This document shows, piece by piece, positions 1-9,986 of a stretch of 64,000 nt of DNA. Made by a program: the position numbers and the translations under genes. The DNA is from Pseudomonadota bacterium (GTDB taxonomy: Bacteria > Pseudomonadota > Alphaproteobacteria > RF32 > CAG-239). The DNA lies in NCBI GenBank assembly GCA_918234285.1, contig CAKJXZ020000012.1, positions 1 through 64,000 of the forward strand, read 5' to 3'. Numbering within the stretch: position 1 is the stretch's first letter; each line of letters starts with the position of its first letter. Under the pieces are notes generated by a model, which saw only the letters and a list, made by a program, of their open reading frames with translations, ran no database searches and was not told where the DNA came from.

Positions 1-56
1 CTGCCGGTTCTTCTGATTACTACTCCTTGTTTATTGTTTTATTTTTATAGCTAATC

Positions 57-103
57 AGAAAAACACCTTGAGTGATAGCAATACCACCCAAGGTGTTTTT
101 TTT
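57..103. terminator. Bidirectional intrinsic terminator downstream of recG
   Basis: Inverted repeat aaaaacaccttg...caaggtgttttt with A and T runs on the two flanks. Confidence 0.75.
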
Positions 104-126
104 ATTTGCATCTTTTTATCCAATTT

Positions 127-2208
127 TTACCCGGCATTGTAGGTTTTAATCGCTTCGTCTTGCTCAAACAGATAGAGAAGGGTGCGCAAAGCCTGTCCGC
201 GCGGCGATTGCAGGTTCGGGTCCTGCCGCAAAATCAGCGCTGCATCTTTGCTGGCAGTTAAGAGTAAATCGCCATGTATGCTCAAATCGGCCACGCGGAA
301 ATTGCTGAAGCCAGATTGTCGTGTGCCCAAAACTTCGCCGCCGCCGCGCAATTTGAGGTCCTCTTCGGCGATTAAAAAGCCGTCTTCGGTGCTTTTAATC
401 GTATTCAGCCGCTCTCGCGAAACCTCGCTGAGCGGATAACCGTACATCAAAATACAACTGCCGGCCTCAAAACCGCGCTTAATGCGGCCGCGCAACTGGT
501 GCAACTGCGCCAAGCCGAAGCGCTCGGCATGCTCGATGACCATAATCGTGGCGTTCGGCACATTTACTCCGACTTCAATTACGGTGGTGGAAACCAAGAG
601 TTTGAGCTCGCCCCGCTTGAAGCTTTCCATAATGGCATCTTTTTCGCTTTCTTTCATTTTGCCGTGTATCAAACCGACTTGGTTGCCGAATACTTTGCGC
701 AAAGATTCATAGCGTTCTGTGGCGGCGGAAAGGTCGATTTTTTCAGACTCCTCAACCAGCGGACATACCCAATAAGCTTGCGTTCCGGTGTTCAGTTTGC
801 GTTGCAGCGCTTCAACCACATTGTGAATTTTTGAAAGCGGCATAACCGTAGTAGCAACCGGCTTGCGTCCCGCCGGCAGTTCATCTATTTTGGAGTATTC
901 CATATCACCGAATTGCGTTAATACCAACGTACGCGGAATCGGCGTGGCTGTCATAACCAACACGTCGCAGAGCCGGCCTTTTTGCGAGAGATTCAGTCGC
1001 TGTCTGACTCCGAAGCGATGTTGCTCGTCAACAATAACATAGGCCAAATCCTTAAACGTAACATCTTCGGTAAACAGAGCGTGCGTGCCGATGAGAATAT
1101 CGATATTGCCGGCGGCCAATTCTTCCAAGAGCTGCTTGCGGGCTTTACTTTTAACATTTCCGGTCAGCAGGGCTGTTTTTACACCGATTTTATCACATAA
1201 TTCGGAGATGGTTTCGGCGTGTTGCTCGGCCAAAATTTCGGTCGGAGCCATAATCGCCGCTTGACAGCCGCATTCAACCGCATTTAGCATTGTCAACAGA
1301 GCCACAATGGTTTTGCCGCTGCCGACATCACCTTGCAACAGTCGCGACATACGATATTCGCCGAATAAGTCGCTTTCGATTTCGGCAATTACGCGTTTTT
1401 GCGCATCTGTCAGGGCAAACGGCAGTACCGAGAGTAGCTTTTCTTTCAATTTACCGGCGTTGGCAAGTGAGCGTCCTTTCTGCTTTTTAAGCCGCTCGCG
1501 CACAATGGCAAGCGAAAGCTGATTGGCTAGCAATTCGTCATAAGCCAAACGTTGTCGCGCCGGTGCACTCGGCTCAATATCGGCAAAATTCTGCGGATGA
1601 TGAGCTGTCCATAGGGCTTGTTTGAAACTCGGCCATTTTTGTTTGCTTAAATAACGCTCATCCTGCCATTCCAGCAAATCAGGTACTCGCGCCAGTGCTT
1701 GCGCAAGTTGCTTGTTGAGCATTTTGTTGGTAACACCGGCCGTCAGCGGATATACCGTTTCAATCAGCGGCATCTGCTCCGGTTTGGCGGCATCTACGGC
1801 ATAGTCGGGATGACTCATCTGCAGTTGCCCGTTAAAAATTTCGATTTTGCCGCTGATGATTTTTTCTGCTCCCACCGGAAATTGCTTGGTGATACTGTCA
1901 CCGAATACTTTGAAAAACACTAAAATCAGCTGGTCGGTATTATCTTCAACCACAATGCGATATGGTTGTTTCTTGGTTCTCGGCACCACGTGCTCCACCA
2001 CTCGTACCCTACCGGTCCAAATTTTGCCGTCTGCCGCCTGCGACAAGGGCACATTACAGCGCCGGTCGATAAATCCGCTCGGCAAATGCCACAACAAATC
2101 AATCACTTTGCCGCCGCAAAGATTGTTCATCAATACGCAATAACGCTTGCCGATACCGCTCAGAGTTTCCAGCGGTGCAAACAGCGGATATAAAATACTC
2201 GGGCGCAT
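127..2208 (-). CDS. recG: ATP-dependent DNA helicase RecG
   Basis: Wedge domain, LQGDVGSGKT Walker A, DEQHRFG, MTATPIPR, QLHQLRGR and GTRQSG motifs; start trimmed to the ATG of MRPSILYPLF. Confidence 0.97.
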   Translation of the reverse strand: MRPSILYPLFAPLETLSGIGKRYCVLMNNLCGGKVIDLLWHLPSGFIDRRCNVPLSQAADGKIWTGRVRVVEHVVPRTKKQPYRIVVEDNTDQLILVFFKVFGDSITKQFPVGAEKIISGKIEIFNGQLQMSHPDYAVDAAKPEQMPLIETVYPLTAGVTNKMLNKQLAQALARVPDLLEWQDERYLSKQKWPSFKQALWTAHHPQNFADIEPSAPARQRLAYDELLANQLSLAIVRERLKKQKGRSLANAGKLKEKLLSVLPFALTDAQKRVIAEIESDLFGEYRMSRLLQGDVGSGKTIVALLTMLNAVECGCQAAIMAPTEILAEQHAETISELCDKIGVKTALLTGNVKSKARKQLLEELAAGNIDILIGTHALFTEDVTFKDLAYVIVDEQHRFGVRQRLNLSQKGRLCDVLVMTATPIPRTLVLTQFGDMEYSKIDELPAGRKPVATTVMPLSKIHNVVEALQRKLNTGTQAYWVCPLVEESEKIDLSAATERYESLRKVFGNQVGLIHGKMKESEKDAIMESFKRGELKLLVSTTVIEVGVNVPNATIMVIEHAERFGLAQLHQLRGRIKRGFEAGSCILMYGYPLSEVSRERLNTIKSTEDGFLIAEEDLKLRGGGEVLGTRQSGFSNFRVADLSIHGDLLLTASKDAALILRQDPNLQSPRGQALRTLLYLFEQDEAIKTYNAG

Positions 2209-2290
2209 GTTGATTATTCTTCTTTTTTGTTGCGATAACTGCTGTATTGTATATATTTTAGACAAGTTTGTAAATCGGAAAGCACAAGAT

Positions 2291-5200
2291 ATGCAACAGG
2301 ATTTTAACGCGCTGTGCGGCAAAAATGTAACTTCGGTTTGCGACGGTTACGAGCCGTGGGTGCTGGCTTTGATGGCGTCAAAAGAACGACCGCTGATATA
2401 TATTGCGGCCGACGGGAATGCATTGGCGCAAACCGCCTCGATGTTGCGTTTAACTCATCCCGAGTTCACGGTGTTGGAATTTCCGGCGTGGGATACCGTG
2501 CCGTATGACCGCGTTTCGCCCAACACCAATATTATGGCACAGCGAATTTCGGTAATGTCGCAGTTGGTGCTGAGTGAGTTTAAGCAGCCGCTGATTATCG
2601 TAACCAGTCTGGGAGCGGTGTTGCAAAAACTACCCCCGGCTAAAATTTTTCGGAATGCGCAGAAAAAAATCAAAGTCGGCGGTACGCTTCGTTTTGACGA
2701 CTTTTTACATTATATTTCGATTAACGGCTATACCCGCGTTGAACAGGTGATGGAGCCGGGAGAATATGCGGTGCGCGGCGACATTGTCGATATTTTTCCG
2801 AGCGGTACCGATTATCCGCTCAGAATTGATTTGTTTGATGAAGAAGTCGAGCGTCTGCGCTTTTTTGATGCGGTAACGCAACGCACTTCCGGCGAGCTGA
2901 AAGAATATGATTTTCAGGTGGCGGGTGAGGTGGTTTTGGATGCCGATACCGTGCGTAACTTCCGCGAAAAGTATCGCGAATTGTTCGGTGCCGACGGTAT
3001 GCACGATGAGATTTACGAAGCGATTTCCGAGCGGCGCAAATATATCGGTATGGAGAATTGGTTACCGTTGTTTTATGCCGATGCGTTGCCGACTTTGTTC
3101 GATTATGTGCCGAATGCGGCGGTTGCCGCGGGGCGTAACGTTGATGAGGCACTTAAGGCTAAAACAGAAAGTATATATGACTATTACACTGCCCGTCTGG
3201 AAGCGGCCAATATGCACCGCGGTAAGCTCGATGACGAGGCCTATCGCCCGCTAAATCCGGAAATGCTGTATTTAACCGCGGCCGAATTTACGCAAAAATT
3301 ACACGATAAAAAAGCGGCGATGTTCAGCGCGTTGGCGGCCGCCGCATCAGATGATGTTGTTGATATGCAAACCGTTCCGGGGCGTGATTTTGCGCACAGC
3401 AAAAACGTGAGTGCGGCGGCGGTTTATGCCGAACTTAATGATTATTTGAACGAAAATGCGCGGCGCAAACGGATTGTTTGTTGTTATGCCGAAGGTTCGC
3501 GCGAACGTCTGTTTAACCTGATGAACGAACACGGCATTAAAAATGTGGTTTTGGCCGGTGATTGGGCTCAGGCTTCGCAGTTGGCGGCGGCCAAAAAGAC
3601 AGCGCTGGTGTTGGCGGATTTGGCTCGCGGTTTTCGCGATAAGGAATGGTGCTTGATTTCCGAACAGGATATTTTGGGCGAACGTCAGCATCGCAAGGCC
3701 AAAAAAGTAACTTCCAAAGATTTTATTGCCGATGTTTCGGCGCTGGCGGTCGGCGAGTTGGTGGTACATATCGAACACGGTATCGGTCGCTTTATGGGGC
3801 TGGAGAATATTATGGCCGGCGGGGCGCCGCACGATTGCTTGAAAATAGTGTATGCCCACGACGATAAGCTGTTTGTGCCGGTAGAAAATATCGATGTTTT
3901 GTCGCGCTACGGCTCCGATGACGAAAATGTACAGCTCGATGTGCTGGGCGGTGCGGCTTGGCAAGCCAAAAAGGCCAAGGTTAAGGAAAAAATCAAGGAT
4001 ATTGCCGAAAAGCTGATTAAAATCGCCGCGGAAAGGCATCTCAAAACCGCCGAATGTTTTGTTACGCAAGGCGGAGTTTATGACGAATTCTGCTCCAAAT
4101 TCCCGTTTAACGAAACCGATGACCAACTGCACGCTATTCAAGACGTGTTGCAGGATTTGGGTGCGGGCGAGCCGATGGACAGGTTGGTGTGCGGCGATGT
4201 CGGCTTCGGCAAAACCGAGGTGGCTTTGCGTGCCGCGTTTACGGTGGCTATGTCCGGCTCACAAGTGGCGCTGATTGTACCGACTACTTTGCTGGCGCGT
4301 CAACATTATCTGAACTTTGTCGAGCGTATGCAGGGCTTTCCGCTCAAGGTGCGCATGCTGTCGCGTCTGACTACCGCCAAAGAGGCGCGCGAAACCAAAG
4401 AAGGCCTGAAAACCGGCGCGGTTGATATTGTTATCGGCACGCACGCACTTTTGGCTAAAGATATCGCTTTTTCCGATTTGGGCTTATTAATTATTGATGA
4501 GGAACAGCACTTCGGGGTGGCGCACAAAGAAAAGCTCAAAGCGTTGAAATCGGACGTGCACGTGCTGACCTTGAGTGCCACACCGATACCGCGGACGTTG
4601 CAACTCTCTCTGACCGGTGTGAAACAGCTCAGCATTATCGCCACTCCGCCGGTAGACCGGTTGGCGGCGCGTACTTTTGTGATGCCGTTTGATGCGGTGA
4701 TGATTAAGGAGGCAATTTATCGCGAAAAATTCCGCGGCGGTCAGACGTTTTTTGTGTGTCCTCGAGTGTCGGATATTCCGCAAATGGAAAAAACGTTGCA
4801 TACGTTGGTGCCGGATATTAAAATCGCCGTGGCGCACGGACAGATGCCGGCCAAGCAACTCGAAGACGTTATCGGTGCGTTTGCCGACGGCAAATACGAT
4901 GTGTTGCTCTCAACCACGATTATTGAATCGGGGATTGACATGCCGCGTGTTAACACCATGATTATTCATCGCGCCGATATGTTCGGATTGGCGCAACTGT
5001 ATCAACTCAGGGGCAGAATAGGGCGTTCCAAAATCCGCGGCTATTGCTATTTTACGGTGCCGCCGCAGAAAAAGCTTAATCCGGTGGCGGAAAAGCGGCT
5101 CGATATTTTGCGGGCGCTCGATACGCTCGGGGCGGGTTTTTCGCTTGCCAGCCACGATATGGATATCCGCGGCTCCGGTAATGTTTTGGGTACCGAACAA

Positions 5201-5767
5201 TCGGGACACATTAAAGACGTCGGTATTGCCCTGTATCACCAAATGCTGGAAGAAGAAATTCAACGGCAAAAGGCCGGTCACGACGAACAGATGAATGCCG
5301 CGCTTAATAATTCCGATTGGGCGCCGCAGATTACGACCGGAGTACCGCTGTTGATTCCGGAAGAGTATGTGCGTGATTTGGGTGTGCGTTTGGGGTTGTA
5401 TCGCCGTATCGGTGCGCTCAAAGACGCTAATGAATTGGCGGATATGCGCGAGGAGTTGATTGATCGTTTCGGCGCCATTCCGTCGGAGGTGGAAAATCTG
5501 TTGCAAACCATAGAAATCAAACAGCTTTGCTATCGTGCCAATATTGCCAAAATCGATGCCGGCGCCAAAGGGATTTTGATTGCCTTTCACAACAACAAAT
5601 TTGCCGCGGCGGATAAGCTGATAGACTTGGTGGCGCGCTCGTTCGGGGTGTTCAAAATTCGGCCGGATCAAAAGTTGTTTGTCGACCGCGATTTGTCGTC
5701 ATACAACGAACGCATTGCTATTTTAAAAAAGACTGTCGGCAAGCTGTTGGAATTGTTGTATAGCTAA
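2291..5767 (+). CDS. mfd: Transcription-repair coupling factor Mfd
   Basis: FPAWDTVPYDRVSP, VVHIEHGIG (CarD-like domain), CGDVGFGKTE, DEEQHFG and C-terminal TRCF domain; start at ATG 2291. Confidence 0.97.
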   Translation: MQQDFNALCGKNVTSVCDGYEPWVLALMASKERPLIYIAADGNALAQTASMLRLTHPEFTVLEFPAWDTVPYDRVSPNTNIMAQRISVMSQLVLSEFKQPLIIVTSLGAVLQKLPPAKIFRNAQKKIKVGGTLRFDDFLHYISINGYTRVEQVMEPGEYAVRGDIVDIFPSGTDYPLRIDLFDEEVERLRFFDAVTQRTSGELKEYDFQVAGEVVLDADTVRNFREKYRELFGADGMHDEIYEAISERRKYIGMENWLPLFYADALPTLFDYVPNAAVAAGRNVDEALKAKTESIYDYYTARLEAANMHRGKLDDEAYRPLNPEMLYLTAAEFTQKLHDKKAAMFSALAAAASDDVVDMQTVPGRDFAHSKNVSAAAVYAELNDYLNENARRKRIVCCYAEGSRERLFNLMNEHGIKNVVLAGDWAQASQLAAAKKTALVLADLARGFRDKEWCLISEQDILGERQHRKAKKVTSKDFIADVSALAVGELVVHIEHGIGRFMGLENIMAGGAPHDCLKIVYAHDDKLFVPVENIDVLSRYGSDDENVQLDVLGGAAWQAKKAKVKEKIKDIAEKLIKIAAERHLKTAECFVTQGGVYDEFCSKFPFNETDDQLHAIQDVLQDLGAGEPMDRLVCGDVGFGKTEVALRAAFTVAMSGSQVALIVPTTLLARQHYLNFVERMQGFPLKVRMLSRLTTAKEARETKEGLKTGAVDIVIGTHALLAKDIAFSDLGLLIIDEEQHFGVAHKEKLKALKSDVHVLTLSATPIPRTLQLSLTGVKQLSIIATPPVDRLAARTFVMPFDAVMIKEAIYREKFRGGQTFFVCPRVSDIPQMEKTLHTLVPDIKIAVAHGQMPAKQLEDVIGAFADGKYDVLLSTTIIESGIDMPRVNTMIIHRADMFGLAQLYQLRGRIGRSKIRGYCYFTVPPQKKLNPVAEKRLDILRALDTLGAGFSLASHDMDIRGSGNVLGTEQSGHIKDVGIALYHQMLEEEIQRQKAGHDEQMNAALNNSDWAPQITTGVPLLIPEEYVRDLGVRLGLYRRIGALKDANELADMREELIDRFGAIPSEVENLLQTIEIKQLCYRANIAKIDAGAKGILIAFHNNKFAAADKLIDLVARSFGVFKIRPDQKLFVDRDLSSYNERIAILKKTVGKLLELLYS

Positions 5768-5810
5768 TTATTTATCATCCCTCTCGTAGCGCTGTGCATA
5801 GAAAAATTAT

Positions 5811-5960
5811 GTCATACCTTGTGGTGTGTGACGCATCACCGCGTCAAGGTATCTGACCTTTGCGAAGCGCAAATTTTAAGTGAATCGGAAGCAATGCCTC
5901 GCGGCATTGAAAGACAAGATCCTTGGACAAGGTGACGCACCGCGCACCTTGAAGGATGAC
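5811..5960 (+). repeat. ~150-bp palindromic interspersed element, full copy 1 (truncated arm at 5775-5797)
   Basis: GTCAT...GATGAC ends; core CTTTGCGAAGCGCAA...CGGAAGCAATGC...GCATTGAAAG shared with 31170-31317 and 61790-61939. Confidence 0.9.
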
Positions 5961-5973
5961 ATAAGAAAACAGC

Positions 5974-6002
5974 TTGACAAAAACGGCACTTGGTGCTATC
6001 TT
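5974..6002 (+). promoter_or_regulatory. Sigma70-type promoter
   Basis: TTGACA-N17-TATCTT with extended TGn; AAGGAG RBS downstream. Confidence 0.65.
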
Positions 6003-6038
6003 ATGCGGCATAATGCAACAAACCAAAGGAGTAGAAAA

Positions 6039-6557
6039 ATGGAAAAGAATTACGATGGATATTATGTTCTACAAAATAATTCAGGAGCTTATGATTATTG
6101 CCATATACACTATTTACAAGTTCAACAAGGAAAAATTGTTGACTGTGTTTATGAAGTCGATGAACATGAAGGATATTTTAGAGAAACATATCTCCGCGAA
6201 AAAGAAGCTCTTAAAAATGCTCCTGATTATGAAAAAATTAAGTTTGAAAAAGCTGAAGACAGATATTTGGAAAAGAATCAAAGAACCAGATGTATGCAAG
6301 CTGCACTTGGAGAAGATATCCGAGATTTCCTTTTGGATAAGATGTTAAATGATTATGGTTGGAAATCGTATAAAACAGATTCTTTGGGATATATCGAAAA
6401 TAAAGACAGAATTTTGGGCTATTTAGGCATATCAGAAGAAGAGCATAATCATCGTGTTGCCGATATTTTGCAATCCAAAGAGAATAAGGCAACTCTCGGC
6501 AAAACCGGCGTGATGAATAAACTGACCGAAATGAAAAACGGCCGTAGCGGGAAATAG
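6039..6557 (+). CDS. Hypothetical protein with basic C-terminal tail
   Basis: ORF with AAGGAG RBS before ATG 6039; low GC; the longer ORF start lies inside the repeat element. Confidence 0.75.
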   Translation: MEKNYDGYYVLQNNSGAYDYCHIHYLQVQQGKIVDCVYEVDEHEGYFRETYLREKEALKNAPDYEKIKFEKAEDRYLEKNQRTRCMQAALGEDIRDFLLDKMLNDYGWKSYKTDSLGYIENKDRILGYLGISEEEHNHRVADILQSKENKATLGKTGVMNKLTEMKNGRSGK

Positions 6558-6562
6558 AAATA

Positions 6563-6787
6563 TTACTGCATTGTGCCGGCGTTTTTGAAAAATATCGAAA
6601 AATATATGTAAAGAGCAAATGTTATCAATAACATAATCAAGCGGCTGCGAAGGCGGCCGTTATTTTTGCTGTCGCGCCAGATTCCGCGGATAATACTGTC
6701 GCAAATGAGTACAATTGCTTCCACAAACTCGTAAATTTCATCATAAATGCGCCTTAATAGCGGCTTTTTTGTTTTTTGATCACTCAT
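6563..6787 (-). CDS. Small hypothetical membrane protein
   Basis: 74 aa with a C-terminal hydrophobic helix, directly downstream of ruvX. Confidence 0.6.
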   Translation of the reverse strand: MSDQKTKKPLLRRIYDEIYEFVEAIVLICDSIIRGIWRDSKNNGRLRSRLIMLLITFALYIYFSIFFKNAGTMQ

Positions 6788-6803
6788 TTACAGTATTCCG
6801 TTT

Positions 6804-7259
6804 CTAGTATTTCAGTGCATCCAACGCGCCTTGCAGAATATAGGCGGCGGCTGAGGCATCGAGCACCTTTTTACGTTTGGCACGTGACATATCGACTTCA
6901 TCAATCAAAAAACGCTCTACCGCCGATGAAGACAGGCGCTCGTCCCAAAACATATAGGGTAGAGGAATTTCTTGAGCCAATTTTTCGGCAAAAGCGCGTA
7001 CTTCTTTGGCAATCTCGCCTTCGGTGCCGTCCATTTGCAACGGCAGCCCGTAAATAAATCCGCCGATTTCTTTTTCCGCCACAATGCGCTTGATTTCCGC
7101 TACGTCTTTTTCCCAATCCGAGCGGTAGAGAATTTTGTACGAGGTGGCAATTCCGCGCAATAAATCGGAGACGGCAATGCCCAAACGCTTGGATCCGTAA
7201 TCGAACCCGATAAGCGCCTGATAAGTTTTAAGCGAACTCTTAAATTCTTTTATATCCAT
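6804..7259 (-). CDS. ruvX: YqgF/RuvX family resolvase-like nuclease
   Basis: LIGFDYGSKRLGIAVSD, GLP, WDERLSS and DASAAAYILQ motifs. Confidence 0.95.
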   Translation of the reverse strand: MDIKEFKSSLKTYQALIGFDYGSKRLGIAVSDLLRGIATSYKILYRSDWEKDVAEIKRIVAEKEIGGFIYGLPLQMDGTEGEIAKEVRAFAEKLAQEIPLPYMFWDERLSSSAVERFLIDEVDMSRAKRKKVLDASAAAYILQGALDALKY

Positions 7260-7400
7260 TTCTTTCCTCTGCCTAAAACTAGCGTTTTACGGCAAAAAAG
7301 TCAAACGGAATATGCTGTCTATAACCTGTTTTTTTGCTTTATTTTTTTAAAGCAATCTGTATGATAAAGGCAAAATAAACGTTTATTGAGGTGATAAAAA

Positions 7401-8720
7401 ATGAAAATCAGATATATTTTGACCGCGTTGCTGATGTTTTTCAGCATGCCGGCTCGTGCCGAGCTGGAAATTGAAGTCAGCGGCGCCACTCGTAACCCGA
7501 TGCCGATTGCCATTCCGGAAATGATCGGCTCTAATTCCAACATTTTTACGAAGATTGCCGGCAAAAATTATGGCGATAAAATTCATGAAGTGATTGCGGC
7601 CGATTTGGATCGCAGCGGTTTGTTTAAAATCATTCCGGAAAACAGCTATATCGAAACGCTGAATTCCATCGACCAGAAGCCGAACTTCATTGATTGGCAG
7701 GCGATTAAATCCGAAGCTTTGGTACAAAGTAAAATTACCGAACTGCCGAATAATAAACTGCAGGTAGATTTTCGCTTGTGGGATGCGGTGGCGGAAAAGC
7801 AACTCTTGGGTAAGTCGTTTACCTCAACCGCCGATAATTGGCGTCGCATTGCCCACGTTGTGGCTGACGCGATTTATGAACGTCTGACCGGCGATAAGGG
7901 TTATTTCAACACCCGCGTGGTTTATGTTTCCGAAAACGGACAGGGACCGCGTAAAGTCAAGCGTTTGGCAATTATGGATCAGGACGGCGAAAATCACCGT
8001 TTCCTGACCGATGGCCATAACTTGGTATTAACCCCGCGCTTTTCGCCGAATATGCAGAAAATTACCTACATGGAATATGTCGGTAACAGCCCGCGCGTTT
8101 ATTTAATGGATTTAAACACAGGTAGCAAACAGGTTTTGGGTAACTTCCCGGGGATGACGTTTGCACCTGTATGGGCGCCGGACAGTTCCAAGGTTTTGAT
8201 GAGCTATGCCAATAAGGGTAAGACCAACATTTTTGAGATGAATCTCAAAACCCGTGCGGTTAAACAGCTGACATTTGACAGCGCGATTGCTACTTCGGCC
8301 AGCTATTCGCCGGACGGCTCGCAGATTGTGTTCAACTCCGATAAAGGCGGCAATCAACAGCTTTATGTTATGAGCTCGAGCGGCGGAGAGGCCGAGCGCA
8401 TCAGCTTCGGTAACGGCCGTTACGCCACTCCGGTATGGTCACCGCGCGGTGATTACATCGCCTTTACTAAGATGTCGGGCGGTGCGTTCTATATCGGTGT
8501 TATGGCACCGGACGGCAGCGGCGAACGCATTTTGGCCGACGGCTTTTTGGTAGAAGGCCCGACTTGGTCGCCGAACGGTCGCGTAATCATGTATTCGCGC
8601 CAAGACAGAGGCGGTCCGGTTCGTTTGTATACCATTGACTTAACCGGTTATAACGAACGCCGTGTCGTAACTCCGTCTGAGGCATCCGACCCGGCATGGT
8701 CGCCGTTGTTGCCGTTATAA
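7401..8720 (+). CDS. tolB: Tol-Pal system beta-propeller protein TolB
   Basis: Signal peptide, [27 protein letters not shown]40 (P.WSPDG) repeats, C-terminal [10 protein letters not shown]. Confidence 0.95.
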   Translation: MKIRYILTALLMFFSMPARAELEIEVSGATRNPMPIAIPEMIGSNSNIFTKIAGKNYGDKIHEVIAADLDRSGLFKIIPENSYIETLNSIDQKPNFIDWQAIKSEALVQSKITELPNNKLQVDFRLWDAVAEKQLLGKSFTSTADNWRRIAHVVADAIYERLTGDKGYFNTRVVYVSENGQGPRKVKRLAIMDQDGENHRFLTDGHNLVLTPRFSPNMQKITYMEYVGNSPRVYLMDLNTGSKQVLGNFPGMTFAPVWAPDSSKVLMSYANKGKTNIFEMNLKTRAVKQLTFDSAIATSASYSPDGSQIVFNSDKGGNQQLYVMSSSGGEAERISFGNGRYATPVWSPRGDYIAFTKMSGGAFYIGVMAPDGSGERILADGFLVEGPTWSPNGRVIMYSRQDRGGPVRLYTIDLTGYNERRVVTPSEASDPAWSPLLPL

Positions 8721-8735
8721 TATTGAGTTATATAT

Positions 8736-8772
8736 AAAAAAGACGGCGCAAAATCACAATGCGCCGTTTTTT
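8736..8772 (+). terminator. Intrinsic terminator after tolB
   Basis: gacggcgca...tgcgccgtt stem followed by a T run. Confidence 0.7.
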
Positions 8773-8791
8773 TGTTTGATTGAGGTTGCAG

Positions 8792-9916
8792 ATGAAAAAA
8801 GAAGATATAAAAGTTGATTTTGATAACAGTATTTTGGCTTTAAGCAATTCACTGTTACATCATTTCGGCGTTGTGAGCGAATATAAGTCGTTGCCGATTT
8901 TGGATAAGGTGCTGAATGAGGGCTGGAAAAATGTGGTGTTTCTGATTTTGGATTGTTTCGGGAAGAATATTCTTGAATATCATCTTCAACCGAGCGATTT
9001 TTTGTATCGACACCGAATGGCTGATATTTCGACAATATATCCGCCGACCACGGCCGCCGCCACCATCACTTTTCATTCGGGACTGCCGCCGATTGCTTCG
9101 GGGTGGATTGGTTGGATGAATTATTTTCAGCAATATGGCCGCGTAATCGAAAACTTCCGTAATATCGATTTTTATACCGGTGAGGAGCTGACAACGCCGC
9201 ATCCGGCCGATACGATTTTGAAGTATAAAAGCATTTACGAAAAAATTACCGAGCAAAATCCGGACGTGGAATATCATCGGGTGTTTCCGGCGTTTGTCGA
9301 GGGTGGGGCACAAACTTTTGATGAACTTTGTGAGCGTGTTACCGCGGCCACCGAAGCCGATGATAAGCGCAAGATAATTTCCGCATATTGGACCGAGCCG
9401 GACTATGCCATTCATCACAACGGTATTCATTCCGCGGCGGCGGCACAACAAATCCGCGAGATAAATGCCAAACTTGAAAAAATGTGCGCCGGTTTGCATG
9501 ATACGCTGGTGATAATTTCGGCCGATCACGGCGGTATAGATGTTGACGATATTGTTATCGAACATCAGGATTTATGTGATACATTTCGCTTGCCGCCTAC
9601 CATCGAAACTCGGACAGTTTCTTTTTGGATTAAAGAAGGTTGCAACGATGAGTTTGTGCGTTTGTTTAACAAATATTACGGCAAGGAATTTGTACTCTTT
9701 ACCAAAGAGGAATTTATGCAATCGCATATTTTTGGCTACGGCAAGCAACATCCGCTGGTTGACGGGATGATTGGCGAATATGTGGCGATTGCCACCGGTA
9801 CACTCTCGATTAATTATGATTCCGGCAAACGTGAGCCGAAATTGTTTGTGGCTACTCACGGCGGTTATACCAAAGAAGAAATGACGGTGCCGCTGATTTT
9901 GGTAAAGTGTCGTTAA
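8792..9916 (+). CDS. Alkaline phosphatase superfamily (type I phosphodiesterase/nucleotide pyrophosphatase) protein
   Basis: VVFLILDCFG, YPPTTAAA, EPD..HH.G, ISADHG and HGG motifs. Confidence 0.85.
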   Translation: MKKEDIKVDFDNSILALSNSLLHHFGVVSEYKSLPILDKVLNEGWKNVVFLILDCFGKNILEYHLQPSDFLYRHRMADISTIYPPTTAAATITFHSGLPPIASGWIGWMNYFQQYGRVIENFRNIDFYTGEELTTPHPADTILKYKSIYEKITEQNPDVEYHRVFPAFVEGGAQTFDELCERVTAATEADDKRKIISAYWTEPDYAIHHNGIHSAAAAQQIREINAKLEKMCAGLHDTLVIISADHGGIDVDDIVIEHQDLCDTFRLPPTIETRTVSFWIKEGCNDEFVRLFNKYYGKEFVLFTKEEFMQSHIFGYGKQHPLVDGMIGEYVAIATGTLSINYDSGKREPKLFVATHGGYTKEEMTVPLILVKCR

Positions 9917-9923
9917 AAAATAC

Positions 9924-9952
9924 TTGACAAAAAACGTAAAAAACGCTAAACT
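9924..9952 (+). promoter_or_regulatory. Sigma70-type promoter
   Basis: TTGACA-N17-TAAACT; GAGGAG RBS before ATG 9987. Confidence 0.65.
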
Positions 9953-9986
9953 CAGTTCATAGTTTATGTAAAAGAGGAGAGCAGTT

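Noticed and set aside
2147-2322. Overlap of the recG and mfd 5' ends
   Set aside because: Artefact of longest-ORF calling; the likely starts at 2208 and 2291 leave an 82-bp divergent gap.
5880-6038. N-terminal extension of the 6039 protein through the palindromic element (RPE-like coding insertion)
   Set aside because: A clear promoter and RBS lie downstream, before ATG 6039, so the repeat is most likely not translated.
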